DNA from: Octopus sinensis
Lineage: Eukaryota
Assembly (NCBI RefSeq): GCF_006345805.1
Contig: NC_043000.1
Span: 119,288,001-119,352,000 of the forward strand
Direction of reading: 5' to 3'
Length of the DNA: 64,000 nt
In this document: in pieces, positions 36,640 through 49,361 of the stretch
How the letters are laid out: each line of letters opens with the position of its first letter
How positions within the stretch are numbered: the first letter of the stretch is position 1
The notes under the pieces: model-generated
Told to the model about the DNA's origin: nothing
Database searches by the model: none
Seen by the model: only the letters and a program-made list of their open reading frames with translations
Program-made: the position numbers and the translations under genes

Positions 36640-37140
36640 ATACATATATATACAAAGAACTAATCCGCCACCCACAATACAGACAGTTACAGGTTAGTGA
36701 ACACATAGAAAAGTGTGGTAAGAATCTTAATCCTAATTTCCTAATTTCCCCCTTCTATCAATATTCACAGAACACCTCAGTGCAGCAAAGAATGAATAAA
36801 GAGGCAACTTTCATCAATGAATATCTTCCCCAACTAAATATGAACGCATAATGCAGAACACTACTAACCTTTCAATTAATACCAACCTCCTTACATCCCA
36901 TACACCATTCACATTACAGATCTATATCTAACCTAATTGCACCAAATCCAGAACTACTTACCTACTTTACACATAATTTTTTTTACTCGGGGACTAATAG
37001 ACCTGACACCTTTAATTAATCGGTGTGCATTCAAAGCAATGAATAGTTGTATTCAAAGCAATGATTAGTAATTTACGAAACCGGTGTGCTTTTAAATCTC
37101 TTTAACAATTCACAATAATGACTTTTATTACTTTTATTCC
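36640..37140 (+). mobile_element. Penelope-like GIY-YIG C-terminus and 3' UTR with a degenerate hammerhead motif
   Basis: QLQVSEHIEKC..FLISPFY..KEATFINEYLPQLN*. Downstream, AAAGCA-ATGATTA-GTAA(T)TTAC-GAAACCGGT-G-TGCTTT at about 37055-37093. Confidence 0.65.
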
Positions 37141-37310
37141 TACCTCAGTTCATCTAATTGCATATATCTTTCGTTACTTTTCATAAAAAGCGTTTACTTT
37201 TTTTGATTTCCAATGTGCATTTTCACTTATTTTTCTTCTTACTTTCCCATATATATATATATATAGACACACACACACACATACACACACACACACACAC
37301 ACGCACACAC

Positions 37311-37343
<33 letters not shown>

Positions 37344-37344
37344 C

Positions 37345-38162
37345 ACTACATATGTGGGAAATTCTGTCTGTGGGTGTGTTTGTGGAGTTGTTAGCTAACT
37401 AGTCCTACATCGTTTTTCGATTTTGATGAAACTTGACACCTGAGTAGAATTCATGTCTGGAAACATCATGACATACTCAGATACTTGAAAATTTGATAAT
37501 AGGGCCCCTGGAAGTGGTCCTTATATATAGCCAAGGGAAATAACCCATTCCTTTTCCTAAATTATTTGGTATAAATCAAATTGAGTATGCTTATTTCTTA
37601 GTATTTGAACTGTTAGAGTTATTTTCGCAATTTATCAGTGCATCTCTTAAACAAGTAAATAATATTTTCTTAAACAATAGATCCACTTATTTCGGTTAAT
37701 GACTTATTCACGAATATACCAAACACTAACGCCGCTGAGGGGAATATTCTCTGGGAACGTACAAAAGCCCTTTTCAGAGTTATTTACATTGAATTGTTAT
37801 TATCTCATATCTGATTAACCTGTTATTTAGTAAAATGCTTCACGATTTTAGTATACATACCTTATTAGTATTTCCTCCTATGTTCTATATTCTCTGGGAA
37901 CGCATTAAAGCCATTTTCAGAGCTACTTTATTTGAATTCTTATAATCGGACAACCAATTTCATGTTATTACATAACTGACTTCACAATTTGGGCATTCAT
38001 CACTTATTGGGAATTCCTAAAAAACAAGATCCTGTGTAAGACAGTTCGGCATTCTCTGTAAATGCGCAAAAACCGTTTTAAGGGCTGCATACTTTATATT
38101 ATAATAGTGGAACCAAGGGATAAGCGCTGCTTTCCCGGGAATTACCGGGTACGTCAGCTAGT
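37345..38162 (+). mobile_element. Non-autonomous Helitron-like element
   Basis: 3' hairpin CCCGG(GAATTA)CCGGG followed by CTAGT at 38158-38162. Internal duplication of about 150 bp. The 5' end is uncertain. Confidence 0.5.
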
Positions 38163-38164
38163 AC

Positions 38165-38296
38165 ATATATATGTGGGGGCTGAGTGTGGGTGTGTATGTA
38201 TGTATACATGTATATATATGTATGTATGTATATATATGTATATATATATATATATGTATGTATGTATATATGTATGTATGTATATATATATGTATG

Positions 38297-38343
<47 letters not shown>

Positions 38344-38381
38344 ATAATATATGTATATATATATATATGTATATGTATATA

Positions 38382-38440
<59 letters not shown>
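38165..38440. repeat. (TA)/(TATG)n microsatellite
   Basis: Seen directly in the sequence. Confidence 0.95.
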
Positions 38441-38444
<4 letters not shown>

Positions 38445-38564
38445 AGAAAAGTTAAGTTCAAAAAGAACAATTCAAACTTTTGTGGGGATCCAAAAAGAGA
38501 GAAAAGGTCATTCCTCATAAGGATTCATCATATTCATGAAAAACAGCCAAAACAGGTAATAAGA

Positions 38565-38627
<63 letters not shown>

Positions 38628-39299
38628 TGATGATGATAATAATAATAATAAACCCCGTTCTAGGCAAAATACACGTATGTCTATCAGGGTACATTGTACT
38701 CTGATAGACACACGTTGCCTTGTTTACACTGTATTTCGTCTAGAACGGTGTTTAGTATTTTTTTTTTTAAACACATCCGTTTGATTCTTATGTTATAGTT
38801 TCACTGCACACATACACTTGCATACACATTGATATATATTTTTATTTTGTATTTTTCTTTTTCGTCTCTCTCACCATTAGTATTGTTGATATTATTTTTC
38901 TCGTTCACAACTTGGTTTGTAAATTACCAGATTTCCCTTGTTGCCCCATCTGTGTTCTTTTATTGTATCTTATTTTATTTATTTTTTATTTTTTTATCTC
39001 CTTTTACTTCCTCTTATTAAACTTGTCTCATGTCCTTCAAAAGATTCTTCACTGGTGAGAATGACAACACATAAATTATATTTTGAAGTTTATTTTTACT
39101 TTTAATTCTTAATTTTAATTTTTTAATTGTTTATTTCCAATTATAAACTTAATCACTATGATTTTAACTTTTTCTTAATTTTTTTTTTTTTGCATTGCTT
39201 TTCGAATAAATAAATAAATCTATTTCTGTTTCAACATTTTCTCTCCATTTTTTATACTTGTTTAAGGTATACTCTTATACCTGTAACGAATCTCTTCAA

Positions 39300-39396
<97 letters not shown>

Positions 39397-39627
39397 AAAA
39401 AGTCAAGGTGGAAAATGCTAAAATAATTTTATAAAAAACGTTTCAGTACCGGTTTCAGCCATTGAGACTTTTTCAACTGTAAGTATGGAAAACAATTAAA
39501 TTTTGGAAAAATTAAAAGAAAAGTTTTATAAAAGAATATTTTTGTGTAGTATTCAAATACAAGGGGCATTTTCCTTATTACTGCATGTCTCTGTCTCTCT
39601 TGTTTATTCTTGTGGGTTCGAGATCGT

Positions 39628-39636
39628 TATATATAT

Positions 39637-39693
<57 letters not shown>

Positions 39694-39962
39694 ATACACA
39701 TATATATATATATATATATATACATATATATGTACATATATATATATTATATATATATATATATCTATATATATATATATACTATATATGTACATATATA
39801 TATATAATATATATATATATACATATATATGTATATATATATATACATATATATGTACAATATATATACATATATATGTACATATATATATATATATATA
39901 TACACACATACACATATATATATATACATACATACATATATATATATAATATATATATATAT

Positions 39963-40055
<93 letters not shown>

Positions 40056-40072
40056 ATATATATATATATATA
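39628..40072. repeat. Long interrupted (TA)n tract
   Basis: Seen directly; it abuts the 5' truncation point of the LINE. Confidence 0.95.
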
Positions 40073-42936
40073 TGTTGTACTACGGACCGACAGAAAAGAA
40101 AGGAGTCATGGAGGAGTTGCTATGTACATCCGTGAGGACCTCACACCCCCAGTCCTTTTGTCATACTCAAACTCGGTGTGTGACACACTAATTGTACATA
40201 TAAGGCAACTTAATGTAGTTGTGTGTGCTACATATCGCCCTCCAGATGCCTCAAGCCATGTAGGCAAGTTTGAAGACTGCCTTATAAAAATAGAAGAAGT
40301 TCTAATCACATTAGAACAACACATAAGTGTACTTCTTATGGGAGACCTCAATCTACCCAATGTCAGATGGCCCGAGGGCCTTTCTCTCCCAGGAATGACA
40401 AGATGTGAACGAGGACAGGCGAGGTCCCTCCTGAACCTCATCAACACCCTGTACATGGAGCAAGTAATACTCCAGCCAACCAGGGCAGGTAACACACTGG
40501 ATCTCTGCTTCACAAATAATATGGATCTCATCCATAATGTGAAAGTGACACCGACACTACAATCGGATCACAACATGGTAGAGCTGACCATGTACGGGCC
40601 AAAAGAGAGCACGGACATGCAGCCTACAAGAAACTCTCAGAACCTTTCCAGCTTGAACTACCATAAGGCAAACTGGAAATAAATTGAGAAAGAGATCCTC
40701 AAACAAAGCTGGCCTGAATGTCTCTCCTCGCCAGACATCGACGCGAAACTTCAACAATTCATGTCTGTAATGCAAGCCATATGCTACAAATGTGTCCCAG
40801 AGAGGAAGGCCACTGTACACAAGAACAAAATCCCCAGAGAGAGGAAAATTTTAATGAAACGGCGTACAAAAATTTCAAATCGCCTAAACAAACAAATTGA
40901 AAGCAGTGAAAAGTCCCGCCTGAAAATAAAATGTCTGCAACTCTCCCATGAAAAAGAAAGAGCAGACAAAGAAGCCTGGGCTATAGACAACATAAAATCT
41001 AACCCCAGAGCTTTCTACAGGTATGCCAAAGAAACAGCTACGGTGCACTGTAGGATAGGACCACTCGTTGAAAAGGATGGCACACTCACAGGAAAACCAA
41101 TGAGGGTAAGTGAAATACTGAATGAGCAATTCAAGAGTTTTCACTCCACCCCTTGGGCATTTCCAAATCACCAATCCAACTGACTTCTTTACCACTGCAT
41201 ATATAAAATCAGAGGCGGCGACGATAGACTACATCGATATAAAGGAAGACGATGTAATAAAGGCTATAGATGAAATGAAAACAAACTCAGCTACTGGCCC
41301 CGATGGATTCCCGGCAATCCTCCTAAAAGTATGTAAGAGAGTCCTAGCAAGACCACTGCAGTTCCTCTTTCAGAGCTTCCCTGCAGCTGGCAAACTTCCA
41401 AGAAAACTGAAGGAAGGTAAAATATGCCCTATTCATAAAGGAGGTAGCAGAGCGGAGGCCAAGAACTACAGACCTATCTCTCTGACCTCACACATCAGCA
41501 AGGTCATGGAACGAATAGTCAGAAGGAAACTGATCACCTTCCTTGAAGAAAATGACTTGCTGCCCGACACCCAACATGGTTTCCGACCAGGGAGAAGCTG
41601 TTTAACTCAGCTCCCACAACACTATGACTGGGTGCTGAAACGACTGCTCAACCACTCAAATGTTGAAGTGATATATCTCGACTTTGCAAAGGCCTTTGAT
41701 AAAGTCGATCATGGAATGATATGTCACAAACTGCGTGATCTCAACATAGTTGGAAAACTGGGAGAATGGCTTCATGACTTTCTGAAAGATAGAAGTCAGG
41801 TGGTAGTAGCCAATGGGGCCACTTCCATTAACACACAAATAGTGAGCGGTGTTCCGCAGGGTACTGTTTTGGGACCACTACTGTTCATAATGGCCCTCTC
41901 AGACATGCCCTCAGCCACGCAGAGAGCCACGATCACAAGTTATGCAGATGATACAAAGGTTTCACAGGCAATACAGAACCTTGAGGACACTAAACGCCTG
42001 CAATGTGAGCTGGACAAAATATACAAGTGGGCTGAAAACAATAGCATGCAGTTCAATGCTGAAAAGTTTCAAGCTTTATACTATCAGCATGCAAAACCAA
42101 ATGCAATACCCAATGAATACACTGGACCCGGAGGAATTGCAATCCCAGAGACACAATCAGTGCGTGACCTGGGTATTTACATGAGTGATGACGCAACCTT
42201 TCGTGTACATGTTGCTAAATTGGCAATGAAATGTAGACGACTGGCCGGATGGATTCTCAGAACCTTTAGAACAAGAGAGCAAGAAACCATGATGGTCCTC
42301 TGGAGGACACTTCTCCTAAGCCACTTTGACTATTGCTCTCAGTTATGGTCACCATCCAGTGTCAAGTTGATCACAGAACTTGAGGCGATCCAACGTAGCT
42401 ACACGAAGAAGATAGCCTCTATGCAGAATATAAGCTACTGGGAAAGACTCAAGAGATTAAAACTATATTCCTTGGAGCGTAGACGGGAAAGATATGCCAT
42501 AATATACATCTGGAAGATCCTGGAGGGACTTGTCCCAAACTTTGGCATCGAGAGTTACACAAATGCCAGAACTGGGCGCCACAGCGTGGTGCCTAGGACT
42601 CCAAATTTGCCATCAAGATGTAGGACAAGATACTGTGATAGCCTGGGCTTCCGAGGCCCACAGCTCTTCAATATCCTCCCGAAGAACCTAAGAGACCTGC
42701 ATGGGGTGGACGCAGATGTCTTTAAAGTAGGACTGGATCTCATCCTGTCAGGTATCCCAGATGAACCAACTTCACGGCAGGAGGTGCAGATTAGGGCAGC
42801 TGCATCGAACTCTCTCATGCACCAAATGGCAGTTGCTAAAAAGCTTTCGTGAAGTAAAACTGTGTAGCAACACCAAATGGCGGTGCCCCAGCATGGCCAC
42901 AGCTCACGAGCTGAAACTGGAATCATCAATCCATCA

Positions 42937-42940
<4 letters not shown>
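40073..42940 (+). mobile_element. 5'-truncated CR1-group LINE (APE endonuclease and RT), copy 1
   Basis: GGVAMYI, MGDLN, LDLCF, SDH (APE); LDFAKAFDKVDH, GVPQGTVLGPLLF, YADDTK, SLERRRERY (RT). Stop at 40680 and a frameshift near 41140. Confidence 0.93.
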
Positions 42941-43028
<88 letters not shown>

Positions 43029-43447
43029 GACGCGAACTTTAATAATCTTTCGGTCTCTGTTTCAGAATCTTTCATTTTCTATTTCAGCTTTCCTGTTAAT
43101 AATCTTTCATTTTTATTTCAGCTTCGTAACCTCCTCTCTTTCTTTTCTTTCTCCCTCTGTCTCTTCACTTCTCTCTATCACACCATCTTTCTTCTTTCAG
43201 CCGTTCAATCTTTCCTTGTCTCTTCACTTCTCCACTTCTCTCTGTCACACAATCTTTCCTCTCTCAGCCTCTCAATTTTTCTAAATATATAGTCGCAAAC
43301 TTTCCTCTCTTACCCTCTTCTTATCTTCTCTCAGCTCCCAATCTCTCTAAATACACAGTCACTTTCTTTCTCTATTTCTTCTCTACCCTCTATCACACTA
43401 TTAAATTTTAAATATAATTAGATAGATAAATAAATAAAATATCCAAC

Positions 43448-44350
43448 ATGTCCAGAATCTGGAGACGTGACGAATTGGCATTGTTTGTAAGAGCCTGGCA
43501 ATGCGCCGACGGAGATAATCCTAACAATATAATTACAGCTGCGATGAAGAGCAGTGGATATAAAAGGACAATGGCTAAGATAGAGCGGAAGAAGCAGGAG
43601 TTTATACGCTCCTATGCACTTATAAGATCTCACATTGGCACGCTTGATGCCATCTTTGACAACGAACAAAGTAAAGATGGCAAGGATGGAGACGCGGGTG
43701 CTGATGAAAGAAGTCACCCCCACCTGGTAGACACACAGGAAGAAGATTCAAGTGAGAAACCTGCCCGGGAAGTAAACCCGAGTGCAAGTGCTCCTACCAG
43801 CACCAAAAGCCATGGAGATGAAAGAGCCAAAAAAGAAATAAAAGGAAGAAAAACTGAAAGAAAAACTCAAACAAAACCAAAAAATGAAACAGCCAAGGAT
43901 AGAAACAAAACTGACTATCCATATACCAAAAATGATGGAAACAGACAGCGCACACGGGTGGGTAGGTTCTACCTGAGAGGTACCTGCTGGCATGGAGAGG
44001 AAGGTGCAGGCTGCCGTTTTGCACATCGGGGACCCTGCCGCAGAGACACGAAACAGGTCAGAAACCAACTACCAAAAGGAATAGGGATGGACCACGCACC
44101 ACCTGCCCCAAAACGGAGGTACGCAGATGTGGTGCGTGCCACAAACCGCCAACATGTTGTTGAAAGGGCAGCTGCTGGACAAGAATCTTTTTTGTGCGTG
44201 GCACAAAAGATTGTACAGCAGCTAACCTGGCTTCATCAAACCCAAGCTCGCAGATGGGACTATCCACAATATACAAGACCACCACAGCAAATAGACCCAG
44301 GGTGGACACCGCCGGCAACAGCATACACCTCACCTCGATGCACCTACTGA
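43448..44350 (+). CDS. LINE ORF1 protein, 300 aa, with a Myb/SANT trihelix-like N-terminus and a CCCH-like zinc finger
   Basis: Open frame ending where ORF2 begins. Motifs WRRDELALFVRAW..AAMKSSGYKRT and RFYLRGTCWHGEEGAGCRFAH. Confidence 0.75.
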   Translation: MSRIWRRDELALFVRAWQCADGDNPNNIITAAMKSSGYKRTMAKIERKKQEFIRSYALIRSHIGTLDAIFDNEQSKDGKDGDAGADERSHPHLVDTQEEDSSEKPAREVNPSASAPTSTKSHGDERAKKEIKGRKTERKTQTKPKNETAKDRNKTDYPYTKNDGNRQRTRVGRFYLRGTCWHGEEGAGCRFAHRGPCRRDTKQVRNQLPKGIGMDHAPPAPKRRYADVVRATNRQHVVERAAAGQESFLCVAQKIVQQLTWLHQTQARRWDYPQYTRPPQQIDPGWTPPATAYTSPRCTY

Positions 44351-47272
44351 ACATCAGATGACTGCTAACACTCAGTAACAGGACAAAAATCCCGTACTTG
44401 AGAGACTTTGTTGCATGCAATCAAGCCTTATGCATAGCACTTACGGAAACACACCTGAAACCGGACATAGCAGATGCGGAATTACACATACCACAGTATG
44501 TTGTACTACGGACCGACAGAAAAGAAAGGAGTCGTGGAGGAGTTGCTACGTACATCCGTGAGGACCTCACACCCCCAGTCCTTTTGTCATACTCAAACTC
44601 GGTGTTTGACACACTAATTGTATATATAAGGCAACTTGATGTAGTTGTGTGTGCTACATATCGCCCTCCAGATGCCCCAAGCCATGTAGGAAAGTTTGAA
44701 GACTGCCTTATAAAAATAGAAGTTCTAGTCACATTAGAACAACACATAAGTTGTGGGAGACTTCAATCTACCCAATGTCAGATGGCCCGAGGGCCTTTCT
44801 CTCCCAGGAATGACAAGATGTGAACGAGGACAGGCGAGGTCCCTCCTGAACCTCATCAACACCCTGTACATGGAACAAGTAATACTCCAGCCAACCAGGG
44901 CAGGTAACACACTGGATCTCTGCTTCACAAATAATATGGATCTCATCCATAATGTGAAAGTGACACCGACACTACTCTCGGATCACAACATGGTAGAGCT
45001 GACCATGTACGGGCCAAAGGAAAGCATGGACATGCAACCTACAAGAAACTCTCAGAATCTTTCCAGCTTGAACTTCCATAAGGCAAACTGGAAACAAATT
45101 GAGAAAGAGATCCTCTTACAAAACTGGCCTGAATGTCTCTCCTCGCCAGACATCGACGTGAAACTTCAACAATTCATGTCTGTAATGCAAGCCATATGCT
45201 ACAAATGTGTCCCAGAGAGGAAGGCCACTGTAAACAAGAACAAAATCCCCAGAGAGAGGAAAATTTTAATGAAACGGCGTACAAAAATTTCAAATCGCCT
45301 AAACAAACAAATTGAAAGCAGTGAAAGGTCCCGCCTGAAAATAAAACTGTTGGAAATTGAAAAATGTCTGCAACTCTCCCATGAAAAGGAAAGAGCAGAC
45401 AAAGAAGCCTGGGCTATAGACAACATAAATTCTAACCCCAGAGCTTTCTACAGGTATGCCAAAGAAACAGCTACGGTGCACTGTAGGATAGGACCACTCG
45501 TTGAAAAGGATGGCACACTCACAGGAAAACCAATGAGGGTAAGTGAAATACTGAATGAGCAATTCAAAAGTGTTTTCAATCCACCCCTTGGGCATTTTCA
45601 AATCACCAATCCAACTGACTTCTTTACCACTGCAGATATAAAATCAGAGGCAGCGATGATTGATTACATCAATATAAAGGAAGACGATGTAATAAACGCT
45701 ATAGATGAAATGAAAACAAACTCAGCTACTGGCCCCGATGGATTCCCGGCAATCCTTCTAAAAGTATGTAAGAGAGTCCTAGCAAGACCACTGCAGTTCC
45801 TCTTTCAGAGCTTCCTTGCAACTGGCAAACTTCCAAGAAAACTGAAGGAAGGTAAAATATGCCCTATTCATAAAGGAGGTAGCAGAGCGGAGGCCAAGAA
45901 CTACAGACCTATCTCTCTGACCTCACACATCAGCAAGGTCATGGAACGAATAGTCAGAAGGAAACTTATCACCTTCTTTGAAGAAAATGACTTGCTGCCT
46001 GACACCCAACATGGTTTCCGACCAGGAAGAAGCTGCTTAACTCAGCTCCTACAACACTATGACTGGGTGCTGAAACGACTGCTCAACCACTCAAATGTTG
46101 AAGTGATATATCTCGACTTTGCAAAGGCTTTTGATAAAGTCGATCATGGAATGATATGTCACAAACTGCGTGACCTTAGCATAGTTGGAAAACTGGGAGA
46201 ATGGCTTCATGACTTTCTGAAAGATAGAAGTCAGGTGGTAGTAGCCATTAACACACAAATAGTGAGCGGTGTTCCGCAGGGTACTGTTTTGGGACCACTA
46301 CTGTTCATAATGGCCCTCTCAGACATGCCCTCAGCCACGCAGAGAGCCACGATCACAAGTTATGCAGATGATACAAAAGTTTCACAGGCAATACAGAACC
46401 CTGAAGACACTAAACACCTGCAATGTGAGCTGGACAAAATATACAAGTGGGCTGAAAACAATAGCATGCAGTTCAATGCTGAAAAGTTTCAAGCTTTATG
46501 CTATCAGCATGCAAAACTAAATGCAGTACCCAATGAATACACTGGACCCGGAGGGATTGCAATCCCAGAGGCACAATCAGTGCGTGACCTGGGTATTTAC
46601 ATGAGTGATGACGCAACCTTTCATGTACATGTTGCTAAATTGGCAATGAAATGTAGACGACTGGCCGGATGGATTCTTAGAACCTTTAGAACAAGAGAAC
46701 AAGAAACCATGATGGTCCTCTGGAGGACACTTGTCCTAAGCCACTTTGACTATTGCTCTCAGCTATAGTCATCATCCAGTGTCAAGTTGATCACAGAACT
46801 TGAGGCGATCCAACGAAGCTACACGAAGAAGATAGCCTCTGTGCAGCATATAAGCTACTGGGAAAGACTCAAGAGATTAAAACTCTATTCCTTGGAGCGT
46901 AGGCGAGAAAGATATGCCATAATATACATCTGGAAGATCCTGGAAGGACTTGTACCAAACTTTGGCATCGAGAGTTACACAAATGCCAGAACTGGGCGCC
47001 ACTGCGTGGTGCCTAGGACTCCAAATTTGCCATCAAGATGTAGGACAAGATACTGTGATAGCCTGGGCTTCCGAGGCCCACAGCTCTTCAATATCCTCCC
47101 GAAGAACCTGAGGGACCTGCATGGGGTGGATGCAGATGTCTTTAAAGTAGGACTGGATCTCTTCCTGTCAGGTGTCTCGGATGAACCAACTTCACGGCAG
47201 GAGGTGCAGATTAGGGCAGCTGCATCGAACTCTCCCATGCACCAAATGGCAGTTGCTAAAAAGCATTCGTGA
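44347..47272 (+). pseudogene. LINE ORF2 (APE-RT), inactivated
   Basis: TGA at 44359 in place of the conserved NIRG, a frameshift near 44750, a 15-bp deletion in RT and TAG at 46766. Confidence 0.9.
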
Positions 47273-47422
47273 AGTAAAATCATGTAGCAACACCAAATGG
47301 CGGTGCCCCAGCATGGCCACAGCTCGTGAGCTGAAACTAGATAAAATAAAATAAAATTTTAAATTTTAAAAAAATATATATATATGTATTTATACATATA
47401 CACACACACACACACACACACA

Positions 47423-47476
<54 letters not shown>

Positions 47477-47482
47477 ATATAT

Positions 47483-47555
<73 letters not shown>

Positions 47556-47556
<1 letters not shown>

Positions 47557-47920
47557 GCAAGCGTGGCACTGTGGTAAGAAGCTTGCTTCCCAACCGCATG
47601 GTTCCAAGTTCAGTCCCATTGCGTGACACCTTCGGTAAGGGTCTTCTACTATAGTGTTGGGCCGACTAAAGCCTTGCGAGTGGATTTGATAGACGAAAAC
47701 TAGAAGAAGCCCGTCGTATATGAATATATATGAATATATTGTTGTGTGTTAGTGCCCCCACCACCATCGCTTGACAACCAATGCTGGTGTCTGTGTGTCC
47801 GTGACTAACTGTTCAGCAAAAGAGACCGATAGTATACGCACTAGGCTTTTGAAAGAATAAGTCCTAGGGTCGATTTGCCCGAGTAAAAGGCAGTGCTCCA
47901 AGCATGGAGGCAGTAACAAG
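47556..47920 (+). mobile_element. SINE family A
   Basis: Matches the element at 396. Confidence 0.8.
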
Positions 47921-48172
47921 CAAAATAATAAAAGAGTACATATGTTAATGTATGTGTTCGTGCGAGGTGGGGAGTGCACGCGCAGACACACCTACACACA
48001 CGTTTGTGTATATGTATGTTAGTATATTTTTCAATAGTATTGTGGTTGTAAATAATACTAGCATAAATAATCGAAAAGCGTAAAAATAAATACTTTTTAA
48101 GGCTGTTAAAAAATACATCAGCTGTCGCCAGTTTTAATATAAAATTTTTAATAAATCAATTATTTGTCAAAC

Positions 48173-48180
48173 TATATAAG
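48173..48180 (+). promoter_or_regulatory. Candidate TATA box of the perlustrin-like gene
   Basis: TATATAAG about 55-60 nt upstream of an ACCATG start. Confidence 0.5.
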
Positions 48181-48233
48181 TTCCCCGCTATTCATCTTAT
48201 GATATTGAGCAACTTAATACGCCTGATATCACC

Positions 48234-48424
48234 ATGAACTCCATCAGAGTTGTATTTTTCGTGGCCTTCGTTATGTCAATGCTTTTTGCTGTAAGAGTTG
48301 TGGCACTCTGCGCGGAGACTTGCCCACCTGTACCAGACGATTGCCCTATAGTTCAGGCGAGATGTGCAAATTGTATTGCATGTGCCCTTGGAGATGAGGA
48401 CAACTGTAATTCCGCTTCAGAAAG
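48234..48424 (+). CDS. Perlustrin-like / single IGFBP-domain secreted peptide, exon 1
   Basis: Signal peptide MNSIRVVFFVAFVMSMLFAVRVVA, then CAETCPP..DC..RCANCIACALG..C. Phase-2 donor AG|GTATGG. Confidence 0.85.
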
Positions 48425-48867
48425 GTATGGAAAATGTTTATTAGCATGCATTTTATTTTATTGGTGATGACGTTTACTGGTTTACTGATAATGTTGGCGG
48501 ACCTGTGTGTATTTGGACTAACCGTGTGTATAAATACATGGAGACAATAAGAGGGCGATGGAATTGATATGATTGTACTATGTTAAGATTGTGTAGTTGT
48601 TCTATGTTCTTAAAGTTAAGGTAAAACACAGCTTCTAAAAGGAAATGTATAACCATATTGTTGCCCTCTAAGGGAACGACACTTTTCAAAACTCAGGCTT
48701 AAGGACATCAGGCAATCCAAATCTCCAGCCTATTCACAAATGCTCCGAACTGACAACATCAAAACAAAATATTTTCCTTTGCCCTGCAACATCTGAATTC
48801 ATTAAGGAAACGCCAGCTCTACCTAAGCTCAAACCAGTGTCCTACGTTCCCCATCCCAATATATGTA

Positions 48868-49254
48868 TATATCTATATATATAAAACTGAAGTTGTGTGG
48901 TGTCTGTCTCCTACGATTTAGATTCCTAACTACTCCCACATTTTGCGGTGCAGTTTAACCAAAAGCGGGTATCTTATCGTCTTGATTTATATCGAGCCCT
49001 TCTGGGTATTAGCGCGCGTCTACGATGAGTCTACGATTTTAAAAAAAATTACCATAATTTTCTCCATTTTTAATGCATTTTTTTGCTATTATATAAGGGA
49101 AGTAACTCTCTAAAAATTTCTACGATGAGTCTACGATTAAAAAAAAATTTACCAAAATTTTTTTCCATTCTTAATGCATTTTTTTGCTATTATATAAGAG
49201 AAGTAACTCTCTAAAAATGCTTATATAGTTATTTCCCTTACAAACCCGAGCTAG
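48868..49254 (+). mobile_element. Non-autonomous Helitron-like element
   Basis: 5' TCTATATATATAAA, an internal tandem duplication of about 105 bp, and a 3' end AACCCGAGCTAGT with the hairpin deleted. Confidence 0.5.
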
Positions 49255-49361
49255 TAAATATATAAGTATCAAAACAAGTCAAGCCTTACCTTACACTCCT
49301 CCACCTTCCCTACTATTACTATTCCTTTTCTCTCTTTCTATCACTTTCTTTCTTCTTTATC

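Larger units (their letters stand above)
43030..47340 (+). mobile_element. Near full-length CR1-group LINE, copy 2 (ORF1 and disrupted ORF2)
   Basis: Closely similar to copy 1 over ORF2, with an (ATAAA)n tail. The 5' boundary is uncertain (pyrimidine-rich leader 43030-43440). Confidence 0.9.

Noticed and set aside
39585-40682. 365-aa fusion of a YI repeat to the endonuclease
   Set aside because: The frame is open by chance through a TA tract into a truncated LINE.
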